Shown: positions 1 through 8,655 of the stretch, piece after piece | Layout of the letters: each line of letters begins with the position of its first letter | Position numbering within the stretch: position 1 is the stretch's first letter | Source: an uncultured virus (IMG/VR IMGVR_UViG_3300044639_000880) | Lineage: Duplodnaviria > Heunggongvirae > Uroviricota > Caudoviricetes | Virus record (IMG/VR): IMGVR_UViG_3300044639_000880 | Coordinates: 1-64,000 of that record | Direction: 5' to 3' (one strand) | DNA: 64,000 nucleotides | Notes under the pieces: generated by a model | Seen by the model: the letters and a program-made list of their open reading frames with translations, nothing else | Databases searched by the model: none | Told to the model about the DNA's origin: nothing | Program-made: the position numbers and the translations under genes

Positions 1-30
1 AAAAGAATATCCCCCGAAGGGGATTGTTCT
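1..30 (-). terminator. Intrinsic terminator for the minus-strand gene
   Basis: Minus strand reads ATCCCC-TTCG-GGGGAT-ATTCTTTT (C-UUCG-G loop hairpin plus U-rich tail) right after the stop of 29..319. Confidence 0.75.
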
Positions 31-319
31 ATGAAGCAAGGTTCTTCTTGATAAGCCTAAAGAGTATATCTTTAGCTTTACTATTAGAAGGGAATGCACC
101 GCCAAAGATTATAAGATCTTTGTTTGAGCATTCATGGTACATCAACCCTGACTTTAGATTAGGATATTCTACAGAGAAGTCAGTCCAGACCTTGCGGGCA
201 ACTGCTTTCTTAGATATAAACTTAATACCGAAGGTGTTAGGTTGATTAGTTGGGTATTCAAACCCGAAGTCTTCTAAGCCTAATAGGAAAGAAGACATAG
301 CTTTTGTATCTGTTTTCAT
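29..319 (-). CDS. Hypothetical protein (first gene of the oppositely oriented arm)
   Basis: ORF with likely start MKTDTK at 319, followed directly by a terminator hairpin; no recognisable motif. Confidence 0.6.
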   Translation of the reverse strand: MKTDTKAMSSFLLGLEDFGFEYPTNQPNTFGIKFISKKAVARKVWTDFSVEYPNLKSGLMYHECSNKDLIIFGGAFPSNSKAKDILFRLIKKNLAS

Positions 320-555
320 AATATAGTTTAGACATAGACATAGACTTAAATAAGTAAAACATATGAGCACTGGTGAGCATGAGCTTGTAGCAGAGCTTCC
401 TAGCTACCATACCCATCTAGCTTCTTCTTCTGTTAGAAAAAAACATTTTACTAGACTAGATTTAGGATTGCCTAGTATAAAACATGGGGGGTAGGGGGGA
501 AGTTGTGAGAGGCCGGGGTTGTTTTATAGAAGACCCCACCCCCTGGTACATATAG

Positions 556-563
556 TATATTTG
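556..563 (+). promoter_or_regulatory. Bacteroidota sigma-A -7 element (TAnnTTTG)
   Basis: TATATTTG upstream of the first + strand gene. Confidence 0.5.
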
Positions 564-629
564 CCATACCATTTCCTATATACCCTACAAGATCTTGTTT
601 TTGTTCTTATATATATGTATATTTAATAT

Positions 630-794
630 ATGGAAGAATGGGAAGTATTACTCCGCGAAAAGTTAGAGCTTGAGATTCCGGAAGGGATCTATTCTATAGA
701 GATGGAAGGTAAGAAGTATCTCACCGGCAGAAATGGTATTATTGATTATCTGGTATATAAGGAAAGAGAAGTTAGGTTGAGTGGAAATAAGTGA
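630..794 (+). CDS. Small hypothetical protein (54 aa, MEEWEVLLREKLELEIPEG...)
   Basis: Translated by hand; below the ORF-track cutoff; AT-rich leader. Confidence 0.55.
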   Translation: MEEWEVLLREKLELEIPEGIYSIEMEGKKYLTGRNGIIDYLVYKEREVRLSGNK

Positions 795-802
795 TATCTT
801 TG
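795..802 (+). promoter_or_regulatory. Bacteroidota sigma-A -7 element
   Basis: TATCTTTG ending 22 nt before the groES start. Confidence 0.6.
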
Positions 803-824
803 CACCTATAAATAAACCAACAAT

Positions 825-1091
825 ATGAAAGTAAAACCATTAGCTAACAGGGTGATCATTTCACCAACAGATCAAGAGACAGAAGAGGTAAGAGCCTCCG
901 GATTAATTACCATGAAAAAAGAACTGCCTCCTTCCACTCGTGGAAAAGTAATGGCCATAGGAGAGAAGGTTTCAGCTGATGTTAAAGTAGGAGATCTTGT
1001 TCAATATGGTCAGCACTCAGGAATCATTTTTGAATGGGAAGAAAAAGAATATTTAATTATGCGTGAACCAGATATTATTTGTGTATTGTAA
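825..1091 (+). CDS. groES: Co-chaperonin GroES (Cpn10)
   Basis: KPLANRVII...SGLI...GKVMAIG...VKVGDLVQY...EYLIMREPDIICVL follows the Cpn10 pattern. Confidence 0.93.
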   Translation: MKVKPLANRVIISPTDQETEEVRASGLITMKKELPPSTRGKVMAIGEKVSADVKVGDLVQYGQHSGIIFEWEEKEYLIMREPDIICVL

Positions 1092-1153
1092 AAAATAAAG
1101 CCTAACTTTAAAGGCTTGTTCTATTGATATGTTTTTAGGGAAAACAGTAAAAG

Positions 1154-1189
1154 ATCCTCATTAAGAAATTTTTGAGGATTTTTTATTTT
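1154..1189 (+). terminator. Intrinsic terminator after groES
   Basis: ATCCTCA (1154-1160) / TGAGGAT (1173-1179) stem followed by a T-rich run. Confidence 0.6.
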
Positions 1190-1238
1190 GTTATAATAAT
1201 AATATGTATATTAGTACTTTATTTATAAAGTATAAAAC

Positions 1239-1835
1239 ATGGATCCAATAAGTTGGGATGCTCTAAAAGCAAGAGGTCAGATAATTAACTTAGCAGATAT
1301 CAATAGAGACAAGGATTATTTTGTTCTTGGTCATTATGATAATAGACGCAGGGAGTATCAATGGACTGACTATCCTTTATATCTAGTAAAGGCTTCTGAT
1401 ATTCTTGGACAAATAAATTTTGTAGATAAACAAAAAGTAAATTCAAACACAACATTCCAAACATTATTAAGTACATATATAGATGTACCTTTTATGACTC
1501 TTACAACTCAAGAGTTAGGTGGACCAACACCGGGAGCACTTGGAAATTATCAAATACATTTTTCAGCTAGCTATCAACTTTCAGATCTAGGATCTTCAGC
1601 TGAATTCATTTTAAATATTGATGGAGTAGATATACTTCCTACCGAGGTGATAGAGTCTCCAAATAATACAGGTATCTATAGAACAAGTATAATCTGGCAA
1701 GTAGATAGTTTACCAGCCAATAAAGTAATTAAAGTAAAATTCAAAATCATACCAATAACTCCTACTGTATCTACATTAACTGTGTTTAATAGAGTATTGA
1801 TGATTGATGGTGCTAACACATTAAATGTAATATAA
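1239..1835 (+). CDS. Putative fibre/decoration protein (shared N-terminal anchor plus beta-sandwich C-domain)
   Basis: N-terminal ~55 aa resembles those of 1837 and 3575; beta-rich C-terminus. Confidence 0.55.
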   Translation: MDPISWDALKARGQIINLADINRDKDYFVLGHYDNRRREYQWTDYPLYLVKASDILGQINFVDKQKVNSNTTFQTLLSTYIDVPFMTLTTQELGGPTPGALGNYQIHFSASYQLSDLGSSAEFILNIDGVDILPTEVIESPNNTGIYRTSIIWQVDSLPANKVIKVKFKIIPITPTVSTLTVFNRVLMIDGANTLNVI

Positions 1836-1836
1836 C

Positions 1837-3324
1837 ATGGAAGACACAACAATTGAATCTCTAATAGCTAACAATCTAGTATTGACTAAAGCAGATCTTA
1901 TTAATCCTGCTAATGATTATATAGTTGTTGGTATGTATCAACAAGGTACTAATAAGTATAGAGGAGCCGGAACAAGCTATAAGAATTATGCACTTGCTCT
2001 TAGTGAAATTGCTGGAAACAGTGTTAGTAATAGTAATAAGAATATAATAGTAGTAGATTCAGTTTTTGGTGATGATGCTTCAGCAGCAGCTGCTGGCAAC
2101 TATGACTTTAACAAACCTTTTCAGACTATTAATAATGCTGTAGCTAATGCTAATAACGGAGATACTCTTTGGGTACTAGGAGGAACTTATACTATTCTAA
2201 ACAATCTTCTAGATAAACAGCTGACTATTTATGCATGGAATTGTCAATTACTATTTAGAGGACCACAAACAGGATCAATTTTTACAGAACTTACTATTAA
2301 AGGTAATGCTGATATATATATTTTATCTGGTGCAGCCTTTAATACAACACCTTGTGTGAATGCTAATATAAACATAGAGTGTAATGTATTGTATGCATAT
2401 GAAGATGTACCTTTTTATCTAGATCATCAAGACTATAGTCAAGCATGTTACTTTACATTAAAAGCAAATTACTTAGATATACAAGGTGTATTCTTTGCTT
2501 TTATAGCATTAAACTATAATGTAAATGTTGATGTAACAACCTTGGAAAGAAATGGACCAACTCCACCTTTTTCTATGGGAGATTTTTGGTTTACTAATCT
2601 TGGTGCTGGTGCTGTTACAGGATTTGATACAACATCTAGATTTAACTTTGGTAGTACTAACATTAGTTCAAAGAGTGGTCACTCTCTTATAAAGTTAGAC
2701 TATGGTGCACCTGAAAATAAATACTTTGTAACAGGTAATTACTTTGCAGAAAACTATGCTGGAGTAAGTGGTCCAACAGCTATTGTTTCTCATGATACTT
2801 CACAAAGTTTTGTAGAGATAGATGCCACAATGAATCTTATAGGTGTAAGTGTTTATGTTTCAAGAGGTGCTGCATCACAAGCTATAATCAAAGGTAATAT
2901 TATCCATGATTCTAATACTTATGTATCAGATTTTGCTTCTTGCTATTATATAAGAGATGGCAAATTAAAACTGTATGCTGATACTAGAAGTATAGGTAAT
3001 CAAATTCTTGTTGTACCTGCAGTAACTGCATTAACTCCAGAAATAGATATTAATAACTGTAAGCTAGTTAATGCAGGAGGTCTTAATAATATAATCCTTA
3101 CTCTACAAGCGGCTTGTACACTAAGAATATTTAATGCCAAGTTTATAGTAGATCTTGCTAATACATATTCAGCTACAGCATCAACAACATTACTAGCAGA
3201 AGTTTATTCATTATATGATAATGTAGCAATGGATGCTACTATAGGTAATAGTTTGGGTACAGGTTCACCAGATCAATCAATAGGTGAGCTTACCAATACA
3301 AACATGACAGACATAGGATTTTAA
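1837..3324 (+). CDS. Putative tail fibre/spike with beta-helix-like body
   Basis: VDSVFGDD...KPFQTINNAV...GDTLWVLGGTY is a typical beta-helix N-cap; Asn/Ile/Thr-rich. Confidence 0.65.
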   Translation: MEDTTIESLIANNLVLTKADLINPANDYIVVGMYQQGTNKYRGAGTSYKNYALALSEIAGNSVSNSNKNIIVVDSVFGDDASAAAAGNYDFNKPFQTINNAVANANNGDTLWVLGGTYTILNNLLDKQLTIYAWNCQLLFRGPQTGSIFTELTIKGNADIYILSGAAFNTTPCVNANINIECNVLYAYEDVPFYLDHQDYSQACYFTLKANYLDIQGVFFAFIALNYNVNVDVTTLERNGPTPPFSMGDFWFTNLGAGAVTGFDTTSRFNFGSTNISSKSGHSLIKLDYGAPENKYFVTGNYFAENYAGVSGPTAIVSHDTSQSFVEIDATMNLIGVSVYVSRGAASQAIIKGNIIHDSNTYVSDFASCYYIRDGKLKLYADTRSIGNQILVVPAVTALTPEIDINNCKLVNAGGLNNIILTLQAACTLRIFNAKFIVDLANTYSATASTTLLAEVYSLYDNVAMDATIGNSLGTGSPDQSIGELTNTNMTDIGF

Positions 3325-3341
3325 CATTTAAAAATAACACA

Positions 3342-3536
3342 ATGAAAATATCAATCAATACATTAGAAGTAAAAGCAGAAGGTACAAATGGCACATCTAT
3401 TAGCCTTACTAATATAAACTTTAATACAGAGGCTACTAAACTAGGAATGTCTAATAAAGTTGTAGACACTGAATCTCTTTCTTCTGGAGAAAAAGCAATA
3501 GTGGCTGCATTTGTTAATCTTATAAACAGCAAGTAA
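3342..3536 (+). CDS. Small hypothetical protein (possible fibre accessory)
   Basis: 64-aa ORF with A-rich leader between fibre genes. Confidence 0.55.
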   Translation: MKISINTLEVKAEGTNGTSISLTNINFNTEATKLGMSNKVVDTESLSSGEKAIVAAFVNLINSK

Positions 3537-3574
3537 TCATGAGTGTAGGCAACTTAAAATAATAGAACAATAAA

Positions 3575-4918
3575 ATGGACATATTTAATATACAAGCTCT
3601 CATAAAAGAAGGAAGACTTATTATAGCTAATGATGTTGACCCAACTGAATCATATCTACAAGTAGGTGTTTTTCAAAAAGGTAATAGACCGAGTAATGCT
3701 AGTAACGCTGACACCTATCGTTCTTATGCACTTGCTCTTAGTGAGTTATCAGGAAGTTCACTACCTATAGTGCGTTATGTTTATTTAGTACAAGATGCTA
3801 GTGATGCCCTTCGTATGGGTGGCACTGCAAGTAATGTATACACTACTTTTCAAACAGCTTATGATGCAGCTAATACTTTACAACTAACTTTAGGTGGATC
3901 AAATACCGTTGTTATACTAGTTGGAAATACTACCGCTGCAACAGTAGGTAATCTTACACTTACAGCAAACTATAACCGGTTTGTCTTAATAAAAGGGATA
4001 AACCTTTATAGCTCTATTCTTGGAAATATTATAGCTACAAATAACCTAGGTGATGGATATCATGTGGGTGTAAATACCAGTACAGCTGTTACTATAACAG
4101 ATGTAAGAATTGGAACAATAAGTACTAATGCAACGGGTGCTACAGGAACTTCAGGAAATGTGTCTACTCGCCTCAATGCTGTCCAGTTAGGTAATATAGA
4201 CACGTCTATAACAAACACATTAAACACAACAGGAAATGGGGGGTCAGTTACTGTAAGTGTTAATACCAATAATTTTGTTGTATTTGGAAACATAACAACT
4301 TCAAGCAAAGGCCCAACAAGTTCTGCAGGATCAGTTGCCATTGTTGCGGCTTCTTTTTCATTTAGTCAAATTATTACAGCAAATGGAAACTTAAATGGAA
4401 ATGTAACACTTGGTGCAATACAAGGAAGCTTTTTTGGAAACCGTGTTAAATTATCAAGTGTTGGTGGCCTACAATCAGCATTTACAATGCAGAATGGACA
4501 AATAAGTCAATTAGACCTATCTACAGCAGGCAGCATAACCCTTACGGAAGCGGTAGTTGGAAGTCTTGCTGTAGTTAACACTAGCCCAACACTTACTCCT
4601 AATACTTTAACCATTATAGATTCAAGACTTATTAATAAGACAATTTCCGATTTGTTAACAGTAATAACAGCAAAACTAAGCTCTTTCAATTCTATAGAAC
4701 AAGTAGGTGATAATTCTATTATCTCAAATTGTGTATTTGATGGTATAGATACATCAGGAATCAGTCCAACAATAAGTGAAATTGGCACAGGTTGTTCAAT
4801 ATACAATTGCACTGTACTGCAAGGATCCTTAGGTATTGATAATAGTTTACCAGTAACTGTAAATGGTTTTGGAACTATATTTGTAAATGGTGTAGGAGCA
4901 AACGTAACAATAATTTAA
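3575..4918 (+). CDS. Putative tail fibre/spike (beta-helix-like)
   Basis: Same N-terminal anchor as 1837 (YALALSE); YTTFQTAYDAA N-cap; Gly/Asn/Thr-rich repeats. Confidence 0.65.
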   Translation: MDIFNIQALIKEGRLIIANDVDPTESYLQVGVFQKGNRPSNASNADTYRSYALALSELSGSSLPIVRYVYLVQDASDALRMGGTASNVYTTFQTAYDAANTLQLTLGGSNTVVILVGNTTAATVGNLTLTANYNRFVLIKGINLYSSILGNIIATNNLGDGYHVGVNTSTAVTITDVRIGTISTNATGATGTSGNVSTRLNAVQLGNIDTSITNTLNTTGNGGSVTVSVNTNNFVVFGNITTSSKGPTSSAGSVAIVAASFSFSQIITANGNLNGNVTLGAIQGSFFGNRVKLSSVGGLQSAFTMQNGQISQLDLSTAGSITLTEAVVGSLAVVNTSPTLTPNTLTIIDSRLINKTISDLLTVITAKLSSFNSIEQVGDNSIISNCVFDGIDTSGISPTISEIGTGCSIYNCTVLQGSLGIDNSLPVTVNGFGTIFVNGVGANVTII

Positions 4919-4929
4919 AACATATAATT

Positions 4930-6234
4930 ATGAGCATAGGTAATACAAAAGACAAGAATAATAATTATGGTAATAATTACCCATACCAACTAGCTAGTCT
5001 AAAACTATTAGGTAATATAAGTGATGCTGTTAGTAATCAAGTTGTTGGACCTATGGCTAACGATGCCTTTGGTAGACTAAGAGTATCTAGTCCTTTAACA
5101 CTATTTGATTCATCTCATAGATACAGAGACAATGGTTTGTGGAATACTTCTACAGCTAGTGGAGGTGCCGCTGTGTTTAGTGCTAATGAAGGTTTAGTTA
5201 ATCTTAATGTAAATACTACTAGTGGTTCACAAGTACTGAGAGAAACTACAAAAGTATTTTCTTATCAGCCAGGTAAGTCTTTACTAGTGTTTAACACTTT
5301 TGTAATGGCTCCTGCTCAAACTAACCTTAGACAAAGAGTAGGTTATTTTGGTACACAAAATGGACTATACATTCAGTTAAACAATAGTACTTTAAGCTTT
5401 GTAAAAAGAAGCTTAGTTACAGGAGTTGTTACAGAAACTGTTGTAAATCAATCAGCCTGGAGTGTAGACAAAATGGATGGCACCGGCCCATCTGGTGTTA
5501 CATTAGACATCACTAAAGCTCAGATTCTCTTTATGGATATTGAGTGGCTTGGTGAAGGTACTGTAAGATTAGGCTTTGTAATAGATGGTAATTTTATACT
5601 TTGCCACAGATTCAACCATGCAAATATTATTACCTCAACTTACATTACAACTGCTTCTCTTCCTCTGAGATATGAGATAACTAACACAGGAGCAACTGCA
5701 ATTTCTAGTACACTAAAACAAGTATGCTCTACTGTAATCTCAGAAGGAGGATATGAATTAAAAGGTACACAACAAACTGTAGGAACACCTATTACAGCCC
5801 CTACAAATTTAGCTGTTGCTGGTACATATTATCCTGTTATAAGTATAAAACTTGGAGCAAGTTATTTGGATGCAGTAGTAATACCAAGTGCTTTATCTAT
5901 AATGGGTGTTTCATCAGGTATTTACAACTGGAAAGTAGTAGCTACAGGAACAACAACAGGAGGAGCATGGGTTCCTGCTTCAGCAACATCTGCTGTAGAA
6001 TATAACATTACAGGAACAAGTTTTGCTTTAGGTAGAACTTTAGCATCTGGTTTCCTTACATCAAGTGCACTAGCTTCAGTAGCACTAGATATTTTAAAAG
6101 AAGCCTTGTTTGCTTTTCAACTAGAAAGAGACAGTTTTACAAGTACCCCTTATGAATTAACCTTAGTAGTAGCAGCTAGTACAAACACAGAACTTGTATA
6201 TGCTTCTATGGACTGGGAAGAAGTAAGTAGATAA
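4930..6234 (+). CDS. Putative virion structural/fibre protein
   Basis: MSIGN..NNYPYQL N-terminus plus a beta-rich domain starting DAFGRLRVS that resembles aquatic-phage virion proteins (from recall). Confidence 0.6.
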   Translation: MSIGNTKDKNNNYGNNYPYQLASLKLLGNISDAVSNQVVGPMANDAFGRLRVSSPLTLFDSSHRYRDNGLWNTSTASGGAAVFSANEGLVNLNVNTTSGSQVLRETTKVFSYQPGKSLLVFNTFVMAPAQTNLRQRVGYFGTQNGLYIQLNNSTLSFVKRSLVTGVVTETVVNQSAWSVDKMDGTGPSGVTLDITKAQILFMDIEWLGEGTVRLGFVIDGNFILCHRFNHANIITSTYITTASLPLRYEITNTGATAISSTLKQVCSTVISEGGYELKGTQQTVGTPITAPTNLAVAGTYYPVISIKLGASYLDAVVIPSALSIMGVSSGIYNWKVVATGTTTGGAWVPASATSAVEYNITGTSFALGRTLASGFLTSSALASVALDILKEALFAFQLERDSFTSTPYELTLVVAASTNTELVYASMDWEEVSR

Positions 6235-6252
6235 ACATATTAACTTTAAACT

Positions 6253-6798
6253 ATGAAAAAATATACAGTAGAAGAGCTTAAAGCTCAATTCCAAAAACAC
6301 AATTATGAGTGGCTTCCATTTCACTTTGTAGGCATTAGATCTACAGCTAACTTACCTAACCAGTTTGATGACTTGTTTGGTATGGTATATGGTGATAAAG
6401 TAGAATGGTTTACATGCACTACTAACCCAGGTACACACTGGTTAAAGAACTTGCTTAATCCAAAAGGTACTGCATTACTTAAAGCTAACCAGTATAAAGA
6501 TACTTGGTCTATAGGTATGCACCAAGGAAAGTACAAAGCTTTTTGCCAAGTTAAACCGGTAGAAGTATTCCGTGACAAAAACTTAGATGACAAAGCAGAA
6601 GAAACAGCTACTATAGACAAAGGCTTGTTTGGTATAAACATCCACAGAGCTAATGAGAAGTTTACTTCTAAGCTTATAGACAAGTGGTCAGCCGGTTGTC
6701 AAGTACTTAACAATCCAGCAGACTTTGCTAAAATATTGTTTGCTGCTGAGTCTAGTAAGCAAAAGTTTTTTACATACACTTTATTAAAAGAATTCTAA
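6253..6798 (+). CDS. Putative endolysin with YkuD/L,D-transpeptidase-like His/Cys motif
   Basis: GINIHRA-x(10)-KWSAGCQV; first gene of a cassette of membrane/holin genes. Confidence 0.7.
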   Translation: MKKYTVEELKAQFQKHNYEWLPFHFVGIRSTANLPNQFDDLFGMVYGDKVEWFTCTTNPGTHWLKNLLNPKGTALLKANQYKDTWSIGMHQGKYKAFCQVKPVEVFRDKNLDDKAEETATIDKGLFGINIHRANEKFTSKLIDKWSAGCQVLNNPADFAKILFAAESSKQKFFTYTLLKEF

Positions 6799-6799
6799 T

Positions 6800-7081
6800 A
6801 TGAAACTACCTATATCTTTCAAAGACTTTTCTAAAGACCCAGTTAAAGGTCTTTTATTCATAGTATTATTAGCAGTAGGCTACCTTTACTATGACAACAA
6901 AGCTAGCTACCAAGCTCAAACAAAAGAGTACAAAGCTCAGTATACTGACTGTGGTGTTAAAGTAGAAGCTCTAGAAAAAAAGCTTGATCAGAAAACAGAA
7001 AGACTTAGAAGAGCTGATAGTGTTATGGCTATTTCAGTAGCTAGATTAGAAGTGTTAAATGAAATAAATCAGATAAAATGA
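6800..7081 (+). CDS. Putative inner-membrane spanin
   Basis: Single N-terminal TM (LLFIVLLAVGYLYY) then coiled coil; overlaps the downstream lipoprotein gene. Confidence 0.55.
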   Translation: MKLPISFKDFSKDPVKGLLFIVLLAVGYLYYDNKASYQAQTKEYKAQYTDCGVKVEALEKKLDQKTERLRRADSVMAISVARLEVLNEINQIK

Positions 7082-7440
7082 AAAAGTTAATAATCATCAG
7101 TTTGGTCATACTCTCTTCTTGTCAAGATAATTCTGCTCCAAAAGTAGAAGAAGCTTTTGTAATGGATACAGTTGTTTTACTTGACACAACTAGAATAGAC
7201 TCAATTTCAGAAAAAATCTCTACTCTTTTAATAAGCACAGAACATGTTGAGAAAAAAGTAACAGAGATTAAAGCAATGAAGAAAGAAAACACAAGTCTTA
7301 AAAAAGAACTTGTAGAAACTAAGGCTGAGCTTGAAGAAGTTAAAGCTGTATTAGCAGATACAACTAGTGAAGTAAAAAAGAAAAAAAGAACATTTTTACA
7401 AAAAGTAATATCAACAATTAAAAAAGACACAGCACAATGA
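7078..7440 (+). CDS. Lipoprotein, putative outer-membrane spanin
   Basis: Signal peptide MKKLIIISLVILSS-C (lipobox), coiled coil. Confidence 0.6.
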   Translation: MKKLIIISLVILSSCQDNSAPKVEEAFVMDTVVLLDTTRIDSISEKISTLLISTEHVEKKVTEIKAMKKENTSLKKELVETKAELEEVKAVLADTTSEVKKKKRTFLQKVISTIKKDTAQ

Positions 7441-7691
7441 AAAAGTTTTGGACAATGTTTGATGACAACAACAGCATCAATGAAAAAGCAGTAGTAGGCT
7501 TTATAGCCTTTATAGTAATGATCCTTTTTGCCTTTGTAGATATAGGCACAGGAATAGTTAATAGACCTTTACTGGTTAATGAGTTTATCTTCAACTCATT
7601 CCAAGTTATAACAATAGCTTGTTTTGGTATAGCCTCTGTAGATAAGTGGATTAATAAAAAGCACAATACAGAAGAAAGTGGGAACAATTAA
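7437..7691 (+). CDS. Two-TM membrane protein, putative holin/antiholin
   Basis: Two hydrophobic helices and a charged C-tail, in the lysis cassette. Confidence 0.55.
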   Translation: MKKFWTMFDDNNSINEKAVVGFIAFIVMILFAFVDIGTGIVNRPLLVNEFIFNSFQVITIACFGIASVDKWINKKHNTEESGNN

Positions 7692-8052
7692 GCAACACTT
7701 ATTAGCATTACTAGGATCACTTGTAGTTTATTTTCAACCAGTTTATAGTATACTATTATTAGTAGGATTCTTTGTTACTATGGATACCATAGCTGCAATG
7801 ACTGCTGCTTATAAACAAGGTGAGCCTATAACATCAAGAAAATTCAGAACTATATTTCCTAAGTTTATAATATATGGTGTAGCTGTACTAGTATCACATG
7901 TTATACAAAGACAGTTTTTTCCAGACGTTCCTGCCACCAAGATTATAGCTGGCTATATTGTTTATAGTGAGTTACTTAGTATAGATGAAAATATAGAAAA
8001 AATAACTGGACAAAGTATGTTCAGGCTCTTTATTAAAATGCTTAAGAAGTAA
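7678..8052 (+). CDS. Holin
   Basis: Multiple TM helices with the D...A......ITSRK...K..IY...ELLSIDEN pattern of phage holin_4-like proteins; GTG start. Confidence 0.75.
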   Translation: MGTIKQHLLALLGSLVVYFQPVYSILLLVGFFVTMDTIAAMTAAYKQGEPITSRKFRTIFPKFIIYGVAVLVSHVIQRQFFPDVPATKIIAGYIVYSELLSIDENIEKITGQSMFRLFIKMLKK

Positions 8053-8579
8053 TGACAGAAAAAAAATATTCTTTTGACTGGATTAAGGTAAGCCTTATAG
8101 CTGCTGTTGTTATAATGTTTGGATTACTAACCAGGCAGTGTGATGATACTAAAGCTGTAGAAACTGATCATCTTAAAGACAGTCTAAAAACAACTATAAG
8201 AAATCAAAATAGAATAGCCGATAGCTTAAAGCTTGTAGCTAATAGTAATGACTCTGTAAGACTAGAGTACATAACTAAGTGGAGAACTAAGATTAAAACT
8301 ATAATCCAACATGACTCTATTCCTTGTGATAGCATTCTACCTATGGTTGTAAGCACATGTGATTCAATCATTTCAAAAGATAGTATTTATATTAAAGATC
8401 TTAGAGACATTATTTATACAGATAGCATAATCATGGATAGTCAAGCTCAGGTAATGGTCTTAGATTCTATAAAGATTGCTAAGCTAGAGAAAGATGTAAC
8501 AAAATTAAAGAAACATAGAAAATGGCTGTTTGGTTCAACAGCTGCACTCACAGGCATTCTGATATTATCTAGAAGATAG
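8052..8579 (+). CDS. Putative unimolecular-spanin-like envelope protein
   Basis: N-terminal hydrophobic segment ending ..TRQC, coiled coils, C-terminal TM (WLFGSTAALTGILIL). Confidence 0.5.
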   Translation: MTEKKYSFDWIKVSLIAAVVIMFGLLTRQCDDTKAVETDHLKDSLKTTIRNQNRIADSLKLVANSNDSVRLEYITKWRTKIKTIIQHDSIPCDSILPMVVSTCDSIISKDSIYIKDLRDIIYTDSIIMDSQAQVMVLDSIKIAKLEKDVTKLKKHRKWLFGSTAALTGILILSRR

Positions 8580-8583
8580 GAGT

Positions 8584-8634
8584 TAAACTTTTAAAGTATA
8601 AATTTGGTAAGTTTAAACTTTAATAGTATATTTG
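8584..8634 (+). promoter_or_regulatory. Promoter (TATATTTG 8627-8634) overlapped by three tandem quasi-palindromic 17-bp boxes
   Basis: TAAACTT-TTA-AAGTATA (8584), TAAATTT-GGT-AAGTTTA (8599), TAAACTT-TAA-TAGTATA (8614). Confidence 0.55.
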
Positions 8635-8655
8635 TTTAAATTTAAAACATATACT

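Noticed and set aside
24..245. Plus-strand 73-aa ORF
   Set aside because: Shadow of the minus-strand gene 29..319, which has its own terminator
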